From: Octopus bimaculoides
Lineage: Eukaryota
NCBI RefSeq assembly: GCF_001194135.2
Contig: NC_068983.1
Coordinates: 80,476,849-80,540,848 of the forward strand
Reading direction: 5' to 3'
Length of the DNA: 64,000 nucleotides
Position numbers and translations under genes: made by a program. Below are positions 38,810 to 51,242 of this stretch, piece by piece; the stretch's first letter is position 1; every line of letters begins with the position of its first letter. A model generated the notes under the pieces. That model saw only the letters and a program-made list of their open reading frames with translations, ran no database searches and was not told where the DNA came from.

Positions 38810-39125
38810 AACACACACACACACACTACAAACAGCAAACACACACACACACCATATACAGCACACACACACCACATACAGCACACACACACACACACCA
38901 CATACACACACACACACACACACACCATATACAGCACACACACACACACACACACCACATACAGCACACACTCACACACACACCACATACAGCACACACA
39001 CACCACATACAGCACGCACACACCACATACAACGCACACACACACACACCACACACCACATACAGCACACACACACCACATACGGCATGCACACACACAC
39101 GCACACACACAAACACAGGCACACA
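38810..39125. repeat. CA-rich minisatellite (CACACCACATACAGCACA variants)
   Basis: Direct reading. Confidence 0.9.
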
Positions 39126-39840
39126 CACTCCCTCTCTTTCTCGCCTCCTCTCCCTCTCTCTCTGTCTCTGCCTGTCTGCTTGTCTGTCTGCTTGTCTGTC
39201 TGCTTTCCTGTCTGTCTGTCTGTTTATCTATCTAGCTATACTTTATAGATCTCTCACTTTTAGATTTTATATAAAAGTATTTCGTTTTCTTATATTTTAA
39301 ACTTTGCGTTTGTTATTTTGTAGTGAATGTTTTGTGATATGCATACTTTTTCGTATATTTCAGAGCAAATGTCATTATCAAAATGTGACATAGTGATCAT
39401 TATCTTAAAAATGACACGATAAGCGGTGATACTGTACAAATATACCTAGATCGACATCTCGATCTGGTTTGTGCAACTGATTGTATGAAAGGAAAGGAAA
39501 AATGATAGAATAATTATACTGGAATCTCGGAAACGTGGCAGTCAACGGGAAGGCTAGAATCGGGGACATGTGATTCAGTGGTGTGTGAATGGGTTGAAGG
39601 CAGAGATTAGAAGGTGGTGTTTGAAGGAGGGATGGATAGTTCAGGGAGATGAGATGTGCATAAAGGAATTCAAAGGATCTCAATTGCCCCACTCTTGTTA
39701 GTGTGCTAAAAAGGATGTTAGAATTCCCTTAAATGGGTGAGTGTGTGAGTGTGTGAATGTGTGAGTGTGTGTATGTGAATGTGTGTATAATATACTATAT
39801 ACACAAGATACATGATAAAATGTATATATATATATATATA

Positions 39841-41426
39841 TAATTGGTAATTAAAAATCGATATTTTGCTGCAAATTAGAGATAAAAGAAAGGTGTATGA
39901 AGAACTCAGCGATTAAATATCTTTTTTAAGCTCTGCAACGCAATTGAAAATTTTAAAAACCGCTATTTTTGGGTCGAATTTTGGATTTCATGGATTGTAA
40001 GTCGTAACGAATACATATTTCTTCATAGCAGGATGCAAAACATTAAATATAGTATGCTTAAAAAGTTGCATACCAAGTTTCAATACAATTGACTAATATC
40101 TTGACGTTCCGCATTGACTATAAAGAGAACAGGAGTGTGAACTTCTCTCCAGTGCCGCTGCAACGGTCGTTGCGTGTGGTCGTATGTCGTACGTGTGTGA
40201 AGTTTTCTGCTTTGTACCTTGACTTTAGGCCATTGCATTAAAATTAATGATCGTCTAAGATTTAGTGTTGTTTACATTTAGTGATGACTTATAAACCAAT
40301 AACGCGTCATGAAATTGAATGCCCAATATTTGGTATTCCATGTGATCTTAGCGGGTGAGTTTTGCCAACTTACAAGGACGTACTAAAATGTGTTTTATTT
40401 GAACGAGAAAAAGAAAAGAATGTAGCTAAAAAAGATCCTTCAATTAAACAAATTGTCAAGATTGTAGCAGAAAAGATAATTCTATTTTGGCTAAAGGCAG
40501 CCATCTCTTGTGTTACGACTGGGTCAGTTAAACCGAAAATCTTTTATCTAAGGTACCAAGCATTACTAAATTCTGTGAAAAATAGAAAAATGTACCATCG
40601 TTTCAAACGAAGTGTAATGTGTTTAAAAACAATGCAGCATAAGATTTATTTGGCATTTCCAGTTGCAAGTGCAACTCCTTTAAAAACCTCTGTTGTAGTA
40701 GAGACAAACAAGAACCACACAGAGCAAAATTTTTTACAGGATCAACGGACAAATGGTGGAATTAGATCAAGTAATATCTAAACAGAATGTTCAGAGGTTG
40801 ATTAGAAAGAATCGGCCAAGTCACAGTCGCCCTTCTACGTTAGCAAAGGATTCTGAATTACTAGCATTTTCATCAAGCATTGAATCTGGAAAGGGATCAG
40901 CAGGCGAAGATGAAGATTTTCCAATTCTATTTTCCATGAAACGAAAAGACGTCAACAAAAACGTAAGTTCAAAAACACCAATAAAACGAATGAAATTCCC
41001 AGAACTAGCTGCTTGTGACCGGTGTGCTGCTGCTCTTCTTACAAGTTCGGTCATCAGCAACTTAACTGCAAGTACATCTGGTGAACGTTCTTTCGCTATA
41101 GACAGACCGAATGTAAGGCCAGAACGATCCAGAAAACATAAATCTCTGCAGCAGGAAGGTAGGCCATATAAACAATTGTCTGTCGTGTATTTTGATGAAA
41201 GAAAGGACACAATCTTCATAAGTGAACAAATGGAAAAAAAAAAAAAAAACGTTTCGCAATAAAGATAACAAAGTCGGAAAGTCTATTTATTTCACAGAAT
41301 TTCGAAATTTCAAGTGTGTTGCGGAGTCTGAAGATATAAAGTTTAGAGAATTTCGCAATAAGAAATGTATTCTTAAAAACGCATTTCGAAAATCTGTGCA
41401 AAAAGTCACTTTTTTACTCTACCCTA
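39841..41426 (+). mobile_element. Internally deleted DNA transposon, hAT(m)-like, with long imperfect TIRs
   Basis: LPTYKDVLKC...VAEKIILFWLKA and VYFDERKDT (compare YFDGRKDKT); right end CCCTA (reverse complement TAGGG); subterminal blocks CTCTGCAACGCAATTGAAAATTT and reverse-complement CTCCGCAACACACTTGAAATTT; CpG-rich. Family name is from recall. Confidence 0.55.
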
Positions 41427-41605
41427 GCATACATATGTATAAAAGTATATGTATGTATATATGGCGATAACTATTAATTTCCAGTACCGCTGCCGTAGTC
41501 TCCTTNNNNNNNNNNNNNNNNNNNNNNNNNNNNNNNNNNNNNNNNNNNNNNNNNNNNNNNNNNNNNNNNNNNNNNNNNNNNNNNNNNNNNNNNNNNNNNN
41601 NNNNN

Positions 41606-42593
41606 TTATTATTATCATTATTATTATTATTATTAAGGTGGCGAGCTGGCAGAATTGTTCACCCGTCGCCATGTTCTCAGTTCAAATTCCACCAAGGTCG
41701 ACTTCACCTTCCATCCTTTCAGGAATTAAATAAGTACCAGTTATGCACTGGGGTTGGTGTAATTGACTTAATCCCCTCCCCCAAGCTGCCCTTGTGGTAA
41801 AAATTTGAAATAATAATAATAATTAATATTATTAAGGCAGTGATCTGGCAGAATTGTTAGCATGCTGGGTGAAATGCTTAGCATTATTTCACCCATTGCT
41901 ACATTCTAAGTTCAAACTCTGCTGAGGGCGACTTTACCTTTCATCCTTTTAGGGTCAATAAATTAAGCACCAGTGAAATGCTGGGGTTGATGTAATTGAC
42001 TGGTCCCCTCCCCCAAAATTTCAGGCCTTGTGCATATAGTAGAAAGGATTATTATTACTATGTTGTTTTTTTCCTTCTTTCTTCAAAATTTTCTTCCATT
42101 TCTCGCCAAGTGTTTTCCGTACACCTAGGGCAGAGAAACTCGTATGCAATCCCAGTTTACACACGCAAATTCACAGGTAAACCATGTATTTAAAAAAAAA
42201 AAAAAAAAAAAAAGTCATGAATGGATGTTGTTTTCACAGCGATAATGCTCTTCTCAGTACATGAGTCGTTCCAGTTAGCACGATTTTTTGCACTTCCTGT
42301 AGGGATGGTAAGCCTGGTATCATTTTCAAATAGGTTTCAGTACCTTTTTTTATCATTCCTAGAGATCCTACAATAACTGGTATGGTAGTCGCCTTGAGGT
42401 GCCACATTTTTTCAATTTCTATTAGCAAGTCTTTATATTTACTGATCTTGTCAAATTCTTTCGCCGCTATATTATGATCAGAGGGAATACTCATGTCAAT
42501 TAATAAACACGTCTTCTTTGTCTGATCTTTTATGATGATATCCGGTTTATTAGCTTTTATAGCCTTGTTAGTATGTATGTACGGGGAAGTCCC

Positions 42594-42647
<54 letters not shown>

Positions 42648-43100
42648 CATCATCAAGACAGTGAGCTGGCAGAATGATAAGCACACTGGGGAAAATGCTT
42701 AGTGGCATATCGTCCATCTTTATGTTCGGAGTTCAAATTCTGCTGAGGTTGACTTTGCTTTTCATCCCTTCAGGGTCGATAAATTAAGTACTAGTTGCAT
42801 ACTGGTGTTGATCTAATCGACTGGCCCCTTCCCCCCAAATTTCAGACCTTGTGCCTATAGTAGGAAGGATTATTATTATCATTGTTAATGATGACTAGCT
42901 AGCAGGATTGTTATAGGATTATAAAAATGCCTTGTGGTATTTGATCTCATCATTTATGTTCTAAGTTCAAATACTGCTGCAGTCAACTTTGCTTTCTTCC
43001 TTTTTGGGGGCCTATAAAGTACAAGTAAATTACTGTTGTTTATGGGATAGACTTACACTTTCCCATGAAAATTTGTTGGCCTTGTACTTAAATCAGAAAA
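41606..43100 (+). mobile_element. Head-to-tail array of 4 family C SINEs in (ATT)n, interrupted by an R4/Dong-like insertion
   Basis: Heads GGTGGCGAGCTGGCAG (41637), GGCAGTGATCTGGCAG (41836), GACAGTGAGCTGGCAG (42657) and a degenerate copy at about 42890. Confidence 0.8.
42059..42594 (-). mobile_element. 5'-truncated R4/Dong-like non-LTR retrotransposon (restriction-like endonuclease domain plus 3' UTR)
   Basis: Uninterrupted 118-aa C-terminus NKPDIIIKDQTKKTCLLIDMSIP...KISKYKDL...IPVIVGSLG (PD..D..K REL motif); flanked by (TAA)n on both sides. Confidence 0.9.
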
Positions 43101-43289
43101 CATTAATACCATTATCATCATGTTTTTAGTAGTTTTATGTGAGTTTTACTTCACAACCAAATGCACCTTTTTGTTCCTGATTATTGAATTGTGAATGTTC
43201 AATTGTCTTTGTATTTTACTCATGTTTTGCATTGCTATGGGATTTCATTTGTTGTTTATGGTGTTATTTTAGTGTTTCATCTGTTGTTT

Positions 43290-43324
<35 letters not shown>

Positions 43325-43516
43325 TGTAATTTGAGTGAGTTAGTGTTTTAACATTGGTTATCAATTAAGTAAGGGTGTGTGTTGTGCTATATTGTTTGGT
43401 GGTGATGCTGAAGAGTATGTATTGTGTTGTTTTAGTGGGTGGTTATTGTATAAGCTGTTTTTTGTTTAGAGGAAGTACTATTTGAGTTGTGCTATTGAAC
43501 AGAAAGTATTTTACAT

Positions 43517-43862
43517 AGGCACAGAAGTGGCTGTGGTAAGAAACTTGCTTCCCAACCATATAATTCTGGGTTCAGTCCTATTGCATGACTCCTTGGGCAG
43601 GTGTCATCTACTATAGTCTCAGGCCAACCAAAGCCTTGTGAGTGGATTTGGTAGATGGAAACTGAAAGAAGCCTGTTGTGTATATATGTGTGTGTGTTGA
43701 TATCTGGAGTTGGTGTCTTTATGTCCCTGTAACTTAGCAGTTCAGCAAAAGAGACTGGTAGAATATGTACCAGGCTTAAAAAAGAAAAAAAAGTAGTCAA
43801 TTCGTTCAACTAAAATTCTTCAAGGCCCCAGCATGGCCACAGTCTAATGACTGGAACAAATA
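43517..43862 (+). mobile_element. SINE family A, full length
   Basis: Head through tail CAGCATGGCCACAGTCTAATGACTGGAAC. Confidence 0.8.
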
Positions 43863-44004
43863 AAAGAATTGTGCATCATGTTATGAGTTCTGTAAGGATT
43901 TTATTTTTGTTTTGTTTTTTCATTATACCTGGTACTGCAATTATTGTATTGTGGTGTCTTTACATTCAACTCTCACATCCTACTCATTTTCATTTCAAAA
44001 CAGA

Positions 44005-44465
44005 ATGCAAATAATTGCAGACATGATTGTGTGATCAAGAAATTTGTTTCCCTACCACAGATTTGAGTCCCACTGCATTGCAACTTGTGCAAGCATCTTT
44101 TGCTATAGTCCTGGGCTAGCCAAAGTCTTGTGAGATGATTTGGTAGATAGAAACTGAAAGAAGCCTTTAGTATATATGTGTGTGTGTGTGTGAGAGTACA
44201 CGCAGGTATGTGTCTCCTTACCATGATATCACATGATAGTTGTAAATGAGTGTTACACGTGATGTCATTTGTTACTAATCTTCAGTGAAAACATGTCAGG
44301 CCATAGGGAAATGGTACTTTGCTTAGTAACAGATGAGGATTGGTGGCAAGAACATCTACACAGAAAATCTGCTTCAACAAATTCCTTCTGACCCATACAG
44401 ATATGGAAATGTTGACATTAAAATGATGATAATGATGATGATGATGATGATGATGACAATGATGA
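44005..44465 (+). mobile_element. SINE with family A head and a different 3' body, (GAT)n tail
   Basis: Family A head to 44165, then a distinct body ending GACATTAAAATGATGAT. Confidence 0.6.
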
Positions 44466-44949
44466 TGTTGAGAACTTGAGCATACTGAGTTACTTGTTGG
44501 CTAAATTAATGTCCACAAGTAGCATTGAAGAAATAACCTCCAACGTATTGATCAGTTGTGTCCCAATAAACCATAGCAAGTTATCTTAAAGGAAATATGA
44601 TTTCATTGAAGGTACATTTGCAAACAGAGTAGCTGTGTTTTGTGTTTCTAAAACACATGATTTCCTTAAATTCATGAAAGATGTTTTGATACTTGTTCAA
44701 GTATTGTTACCTGTCAAAATTAAACTGCAATTTATTATTTATTACATAAAAACATTGAAAATAAAGTATGATGGCAATGTTTTATTTGAAAATTATTTAA
44801 TTTTCTCCAGGATTATAATGATTTGTTTTGAGATTATTTCAATTTGCTTCAAGTTTATTTTAATATATTTTAAGTTTAGTTTAATTTGCTTCAAGCTCAT
44901 TTTAATTTGCTTTGAAATTATTTTAACATATATTTGAGAAGGGCTAGTT

Positions 44950-45540
44950 CATGTCTTTATAAGTTCTCACCTTTCGTTTCCCAATAATTTTCATTAATGC
45001 CAAAGATACTGTGCCCCCCTTCATGATAGCTGTATAGAGATTAAAGTGCCATTGACTGTATGTTGTATACATCAGTTCACCATAGAACATGTCCTTTCAG
45101 AGACATCTTTTACATATGTAGCATCTATACTTTTTCAAATGCAGATGAAACGCATGTCATACTCTTTGTCACATGTATGTACTTCTTTGGGAGTCTAAGA
45201 ATTGCTTGCTGAATTATAACTTACGGAGCAATCATTCCTGCTTGTGGTCTCTTTTTTTTATAAAATAGTTGACAGTGTAAAGATGATGTCAATTAACTAT
45301 TGATCTCCAGTGTTGGAATCCACACTGGTAGTCAGAAATATTCTCTCCATGAGATATTGTACTTAGAGAAGCAACACACATCCTATTCATTTTGCAATAT
45401 TGTCCCTCATATATTATTTTTATAGTACATTTTAAGAGTAGAATGGCTGTTTTAAATAAATACTCTTTCCTCATCTTCACCATTTCAACTATGATGACAT
45501 CTCTTTTGTTTACGTTTCATTGACCCAAATATCAAATTAA
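44950..45540 (-). mobile_element. Highly decayed LINE RT remnant
   Basis: SDYQCGFQHWRS motif (compare QCGFRxGRS). Confidence 0.4.
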
Positions 45541-48500
45541 TTTAGAGTAATGATTTATTTATTTATTTATATATTTATATCTAATTAATTCAAAATAGAG
45601 TAATGATTATTTTATTTATATCCTATTAAGATGGCTCATTGGTAAATTATTTGATTAACAATATATTAGCTGCTTCTAGTCTCAGAGGGCGTTTGTTACT
45701 CAATTGAACTTTATATAAAGCCTTAAAATATATCAGTATAACATGCCTCATTTCTAAGCTATATGATTCATAGATCTAGTATCATGTTTTGAAAACATTT
45801 ACGCATCCTAACCTAAATTGCCTACTTTCTGATTGTAGTTTTACAACTATGTAGAAGTCTAAACCAAGAGACTTCAGCAAGAGTTTCACCTGATGCTTAA
45901 AATACAATCTTCCATGTGTTCAACCTCTTATTTGCAAATCTCTGTCTGGAAAGATTTGGTAAAACAAGTAGTACCACTCCTTTTCAGACTAAATAATAAT
46001 ATGCAATTTTAATTAATTGGTATTGCTACTGATTTTTGGCTAAATTCAGATTTTAAGTTAAAAGAAGTCACATGTTCAGATAAAAATATGCATAAGTTAC
46101 TCTAATTGATTGTAGACTCATTACTAAATCTATGAAGAAGGACTTGTCAGCCTTGAACTTCGACATTCTTTTTACTGATGCATTACTTTGCTATATAAAT
46201 GTTTATGCAATTTTTGTGAATTTAAATGTTTTATTCAGCATGTATATTGTTGTTAAATATTATTCAAGGATTGTTGTTTTATACTAATTAACATTAAAAA
46301 AAGGATACTTTATAATACAAAAATATGGTGTGATACAATTTATAAAAATTTTAAGACATCAGCAGTAGATTACAAGTTGTTCTCTAGCAAATTTAGTTAC
46401 AGTCCACACTATTAGTTTGTTAAAAAAGCAAAACAATCTTGATAGGGAGAACAAATTAAAACATAATTGGTGAGAGAGATTCATTATTTCTGTGAAACAA
46501 AGATATTACACCTCTTGATATTGATGCATCTTCTTTCCTGATCCAATATTTATACTTTCAGTGGATAAGAAATTATCAATATTGAACATAGAATGTTGAT
46601 GTTGCTATCTGGTTCAGTTGGTGTAACTATTATTTCAGGAAGAATTTATCAATAAACCCTAAGGTGTTACCATTAGAAAGAGACAGAAAAGCTGGTATCA
46701 AATTTCTTAAGTAACAGCTTGAATTAATTTAGCACTTTTTTGTTTAGTTGTATTTCTTTAAGTTTCCTTTGTTGAAAAGTCTGATCTTGATTATTTTTAT
46801 GGCATTATGTTTCTTTGATGCTAAGTCTAATGATTAGATTAAATATGTTGAATTTCTTTCTTCCCAATAATTAGACACTCATGCAAATTATCTTTTTCTG
46901 CATACAAAGTAGATATCAAAATAGATATGAAAGAAATAAAAACATCTACATTTTAAATGTGATGCAATCAATAAAGGTATGAACATATTTCACCTTCATC
47001 TTCTAAACAACATATTTGAAAACTTGTGGTTGAATTGTTTCTTTCTGATGCATTTGGTTGCTGTCAGTACCACAGTTATAAGTGTCAATCTGAAATATAT
47101 TTATGCTTGATTTTTAAAAATATTTTTAAATAAGTTATTACAGAAAACCCTCTGTAATTCTTAAGCCCAGAAGTTTTCTACTTACTTGTTTGCCAAGCAT
47201 TAAAAAACTTGGGCATGTTGTTATCTAAATTCAAGAATTTGCAATCCTAACAAATTAAGTTGATGGTTTTAATTGTAACAATATGTAATGGAATTGAATC
47301 ATAAAGATAACTTTACGCTAAATCTTGAAAGATTCTGAAATGAATGACAAATTGCTTTGTTTAAATGAGTATGTAAATCTTACAATGGCATTTTACTGAA
47401 ATAACTAAATTGTAATGTTACATAATTTTTGAGGAAGCAGGAATTTTTGAAATTTTGTATCAGCATTGTGCTGTTATCAGTCTTACATTTCTCTGTAGAA
47501 TCTAGAATACATTTGATTTTATTCCTCTGTATATAAAAAGTATTTCATTAAAAGATCACACAAATTTGATTGAAATCTAAAGATAATACTAAATCACAGA
47601 TGTAGAAATGGATTTTTGATCATAACAATAGGTATGCCAATATTTTATGACCAATGAAAATCAAATGTGTTTTAGGGACATTTATTTACTTTTAGAATGT
47701 TCAACAGAAAACAGAAAATAACATAATTGTTGTTCATTTTAAAATAATATAAATACTTTTTTTTTTGTTTCTTTAAAACATAAAAATGTAATCTTTAAAG
47801 ATTGTATAATAACAAATTATTAAGGAAGAATTTCAGAGAGCGTGATTAGTTGTTTCAATGCAAAAATATAGAAGAATTGCACATTTAACTAAACTACTTT
47901 TAGATATGCTTAAAGTTCCTTACAAATAACCAACAGTATGTTTCATTTTTATCTTATACAAATTCATGTTTTATGAATATTTCTCAAGATTAAGTAGTTA
48001 ATGTACTGATAATTTTAACTGGATACATTTCTAGTTCTCATTTATCTATTATCTGAATCTTTATTCTCTTACTTTAACAATCAATGTTATGTTTAATAAA
48101 AATAAATTGATAAGAGCTATATCATTGGGAAATCTTCTAAAAATATTACCTATTTATATATATTATTGGTTTAAGTGTTGAAAAATGAGTTGTATAACTC
48201 ATAAAATATTTCATAAAACATATTATGGCATGTTATTTTCTTTTGTTACTGTATTCTTTATTAACAGTTCTTCTGTTAGTTTTATGGATTCTCTTCTTAT
48301 CAAATAGTTTATAACACAAATGAATAATTTTGTATTACAACTTATTTATAAATTCTAGCTTTGGCATTTTATATATGCATTCAATGTTTGCATATTTGCA
48401 TATTTTTGTTGAGAACATGAAGTTGATAATATAAAAGTAAATTCTCAAATATAGACGAAAGATCTGATACTTTTGATTTTGTCTAGCATTACCTATATAA

Positions 48501-49500
48501 CAGTAATTCAGACGGATATTCATTATTTATTTCTTCTAAAAGACAGATTAAAAAATATCTTTGCTGAAGCTACCTAGTGGGCTATTAAAAGAATGTTTGT
48601 CTATAGAAGTAAATATCAAAATATCTGTTGAATATTAGCACTAGTGAATTTTCTCTAAAATAAATATTTATCATGAAATAAATACTTAGAAACGTTTATA
48701 GAAGTATTCCACTGATAACTATTAGCAATGAGGAAATATGAAATGAGAGGAAATGGTAGAAAAGAATTATTTATTTTGTTTTGGATTGATTATCTTTTTA
48801 CATTTTATTGATTATTGTTAGCTAATTATCTCTTATTTTATAATCTACAGTGAATTTCATTAATATAAACTATTTTGTGTATGTGCGTGTGTCTTTTTAT
48901 GTGATATATATCTGGGCATATATGAATATGTGTATGTATGTATACATATATCTATATATGCATATATGTATATAAGTGCATAGTCTAACATACTTGTGTG
49001 TGCATGTATTCATTTATTAATACATATATACACGTTATGAATAATTATCTATCTATCTTTACATGTAGATATAGATAGCTAGTTCAGTTAGATAATATAT
49101 ATGTACATATATAACACACACATATATATATATATATATATATGTATAGATTAATATGTTTGCACATACATGCACATACATACACATTGAATACGAATCT
49201 ATAAATTATAAATAATTATCTGTTTATCTATCTATCTACCTACCTGCCTGCTTGCCTGCCAGTCTGCTTGCCTGCCAGTCTGCTTGCCTGACTGTCTGCT
49301 TGCCTGCCTGTCTGCTTACCTGCCTGTCTGCTTGCCTGCCAGCCTGCCTACCTGTCTGCCTACCTATCTGTTTGTCTTCCCGCTCACCTATCTATCTATC
49401 TATCTATCCATCCATCTGTCAGTAGATAGATAACTTTCTTTTTATTAGCCACACAGGGCTGCACACAGAGGGGACAAATCTAGATAGATAGATAGATACT

Positions 49501-49549
<49 letters not shown>

Positions 49550-50379
49550 TAGTGGATAATTATTATATACTGGCTGCATGTTTCTGAGCTGGGAAATGAA
49601 TGGAATGCCTGGTGTGTGTCTTGTTGTGGCTACCCACTCCTAAAAAAATGGGAAATAAGCCTGGGCATATATAAAAAAAAAAAAAAAAATGTTTCTGGAC
49701 ACTAACACTGGAAGGATAGCCATGTCCATGACATGACTAAAGGGATCCCAGAAAGCCCACGTCTCTGCTCACTCACCAGCTTCATGAGTGATAGAAGAAT
49801 GAATGATAAAGATAAGAGAAATGAAAAGTAACAACTCATATGCTTTCATGCAAACATATGTACATACATATATACACGTATAAATATATTTATATATATG
49901 TATATCTATATATGTTTATATATATATGTGTTTATTATATATATGTATGTATTAAATATAGGTACATGCACACACACACACACACACACATGTATAGAAA
50001 GAGAGAAGGGGAGAGAGCGAGAGAGTGATCATTAGGTTCAGTTTATAGGGTTACCTAGGGTTTTGTGTCCATGAAGCACTTAGCTTTACATATGTCTCAT
50101 CAGACCCTAATGGCCAGTGGCCTATACACTTGTCATAACTATCTTTCTCTAAATACCCTACTGCTCCATACCTCAGAGTGTGTTTGTCTTTTGGATTTAC
50201 GATTTACTGACAATACATATATGTATGTGTGTGTATATATTACGATGATGTACTTGCATAGCAAGTAACCTAATCTGAGATTGTGTGCTGAAACAAAAGC
50301 AATTGCAGCATGAAAGGTGTATATAAGCCATTTAAAAAGACACAAAACCCGTTAGATTCACTTCAACATTTAAATTTAA

Positions 50380-50430
50380 TTTGTCAAAATATTTTTGTCG
50401 CATTGAAACCACGACCTATTCACTGACAAA
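50380..50430 (-). ncRNA. Minimal type I hammerhead motif, C3G / G8U core variant, G12 decayed
   Basis: UUUGUCA - GUGAAUA - G - GUCG(11-nt loop)CGAC - AAAA (GAAA expected) - AUAUU - U / UGACAAA; 7-bp stem I, 4-bp stem II, palindromic stem III AAUAUU. Confidence 0.55.
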
Positions 50431-50649
50431 ATTCTGTGCTACACTTTCTACACTGCAATTGTTCTATATATATATATATAAATATATATATATTATATTC
50501 ATACATTTATGCATACATACGTACACACACATATGCACACACACACGCACACATGTGTGGATTGACAGTTAGATAGATAGATAGGTAGATAAATATGTTT
50601 TGTAAAACAAACAGGAGAAATAGAATTTAATACATGAGTACATATTTTA

Positions 50650-50880
50650 TCTTTTACTTCTTTTAGTCATTGGACTGTAGCCATGCTGAGCCTTCAAGGA
50701 TTTAGTCAAAGAAATCAACACTAGTACTTTTTTTTTGAAGCTGGTCCTTACTTTATTCATTTCTTTTGGTCAGCTGAGGCTATAGTAGAAGGCACTTGCC
50801 CAAGGTGCCACACAATGGGACTGAACCCAGAACCATGTGATTGGTAAGCATGCTACTTACCACACAGCCACTCCTGCACC
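50650..50880 (-). mobile_element. SINE family A (internally deleted)
   Basis: Tail and head present, middle missing. Confidence 0.7.
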
Positions 50881-50889
50881 TGTAAATTA

Positions 50890-50958
50890 CTGTCTCACAG
50901 AGATATGAACTCGGATTGCTGGACTCAAAGTCCAGAGTGCAAACCATTACACTATATG
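50890..50958 (-). pseudogene. tRNA-Gln(UUG) pseudogene
   Basis: GTGTAATGGTTTGCAC T CTGGA CT-TTG-AG TCCAG CAAT CCGAG TTCATAT CTCTG TGAGACA matches eukaryotic tRNA-Gln; anticodon arm perfect; 5' acceptor strand replaced by (TA)n-like sequence; T-loop A>T and T-stem G>T changes. Confidence 0.8.
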
Positions 50959-51004
<46 letters not shown>

Positions 51005-51203
51005 NNNNNNNNNNNNNNNNNNNNNNNNNNNNNNNNNNNNNNNNNNNNNNNNNNNNNNNNNNNNNNNNNNNNNNNNNNNNNNNNNNNNNNNNNNNNNNNN
51101 NNNNNNNNNNNNNNNNNNNNNNNNNNNNNNNNNNNNNNNNNNNNNNNNNNNNNNNNNNNNNNNNNNNGGAAAAACGGAGGAAGAGAAAAATGGCACCGAT
51201 GCC

Positions 51204-51242
<39 letters not shown>

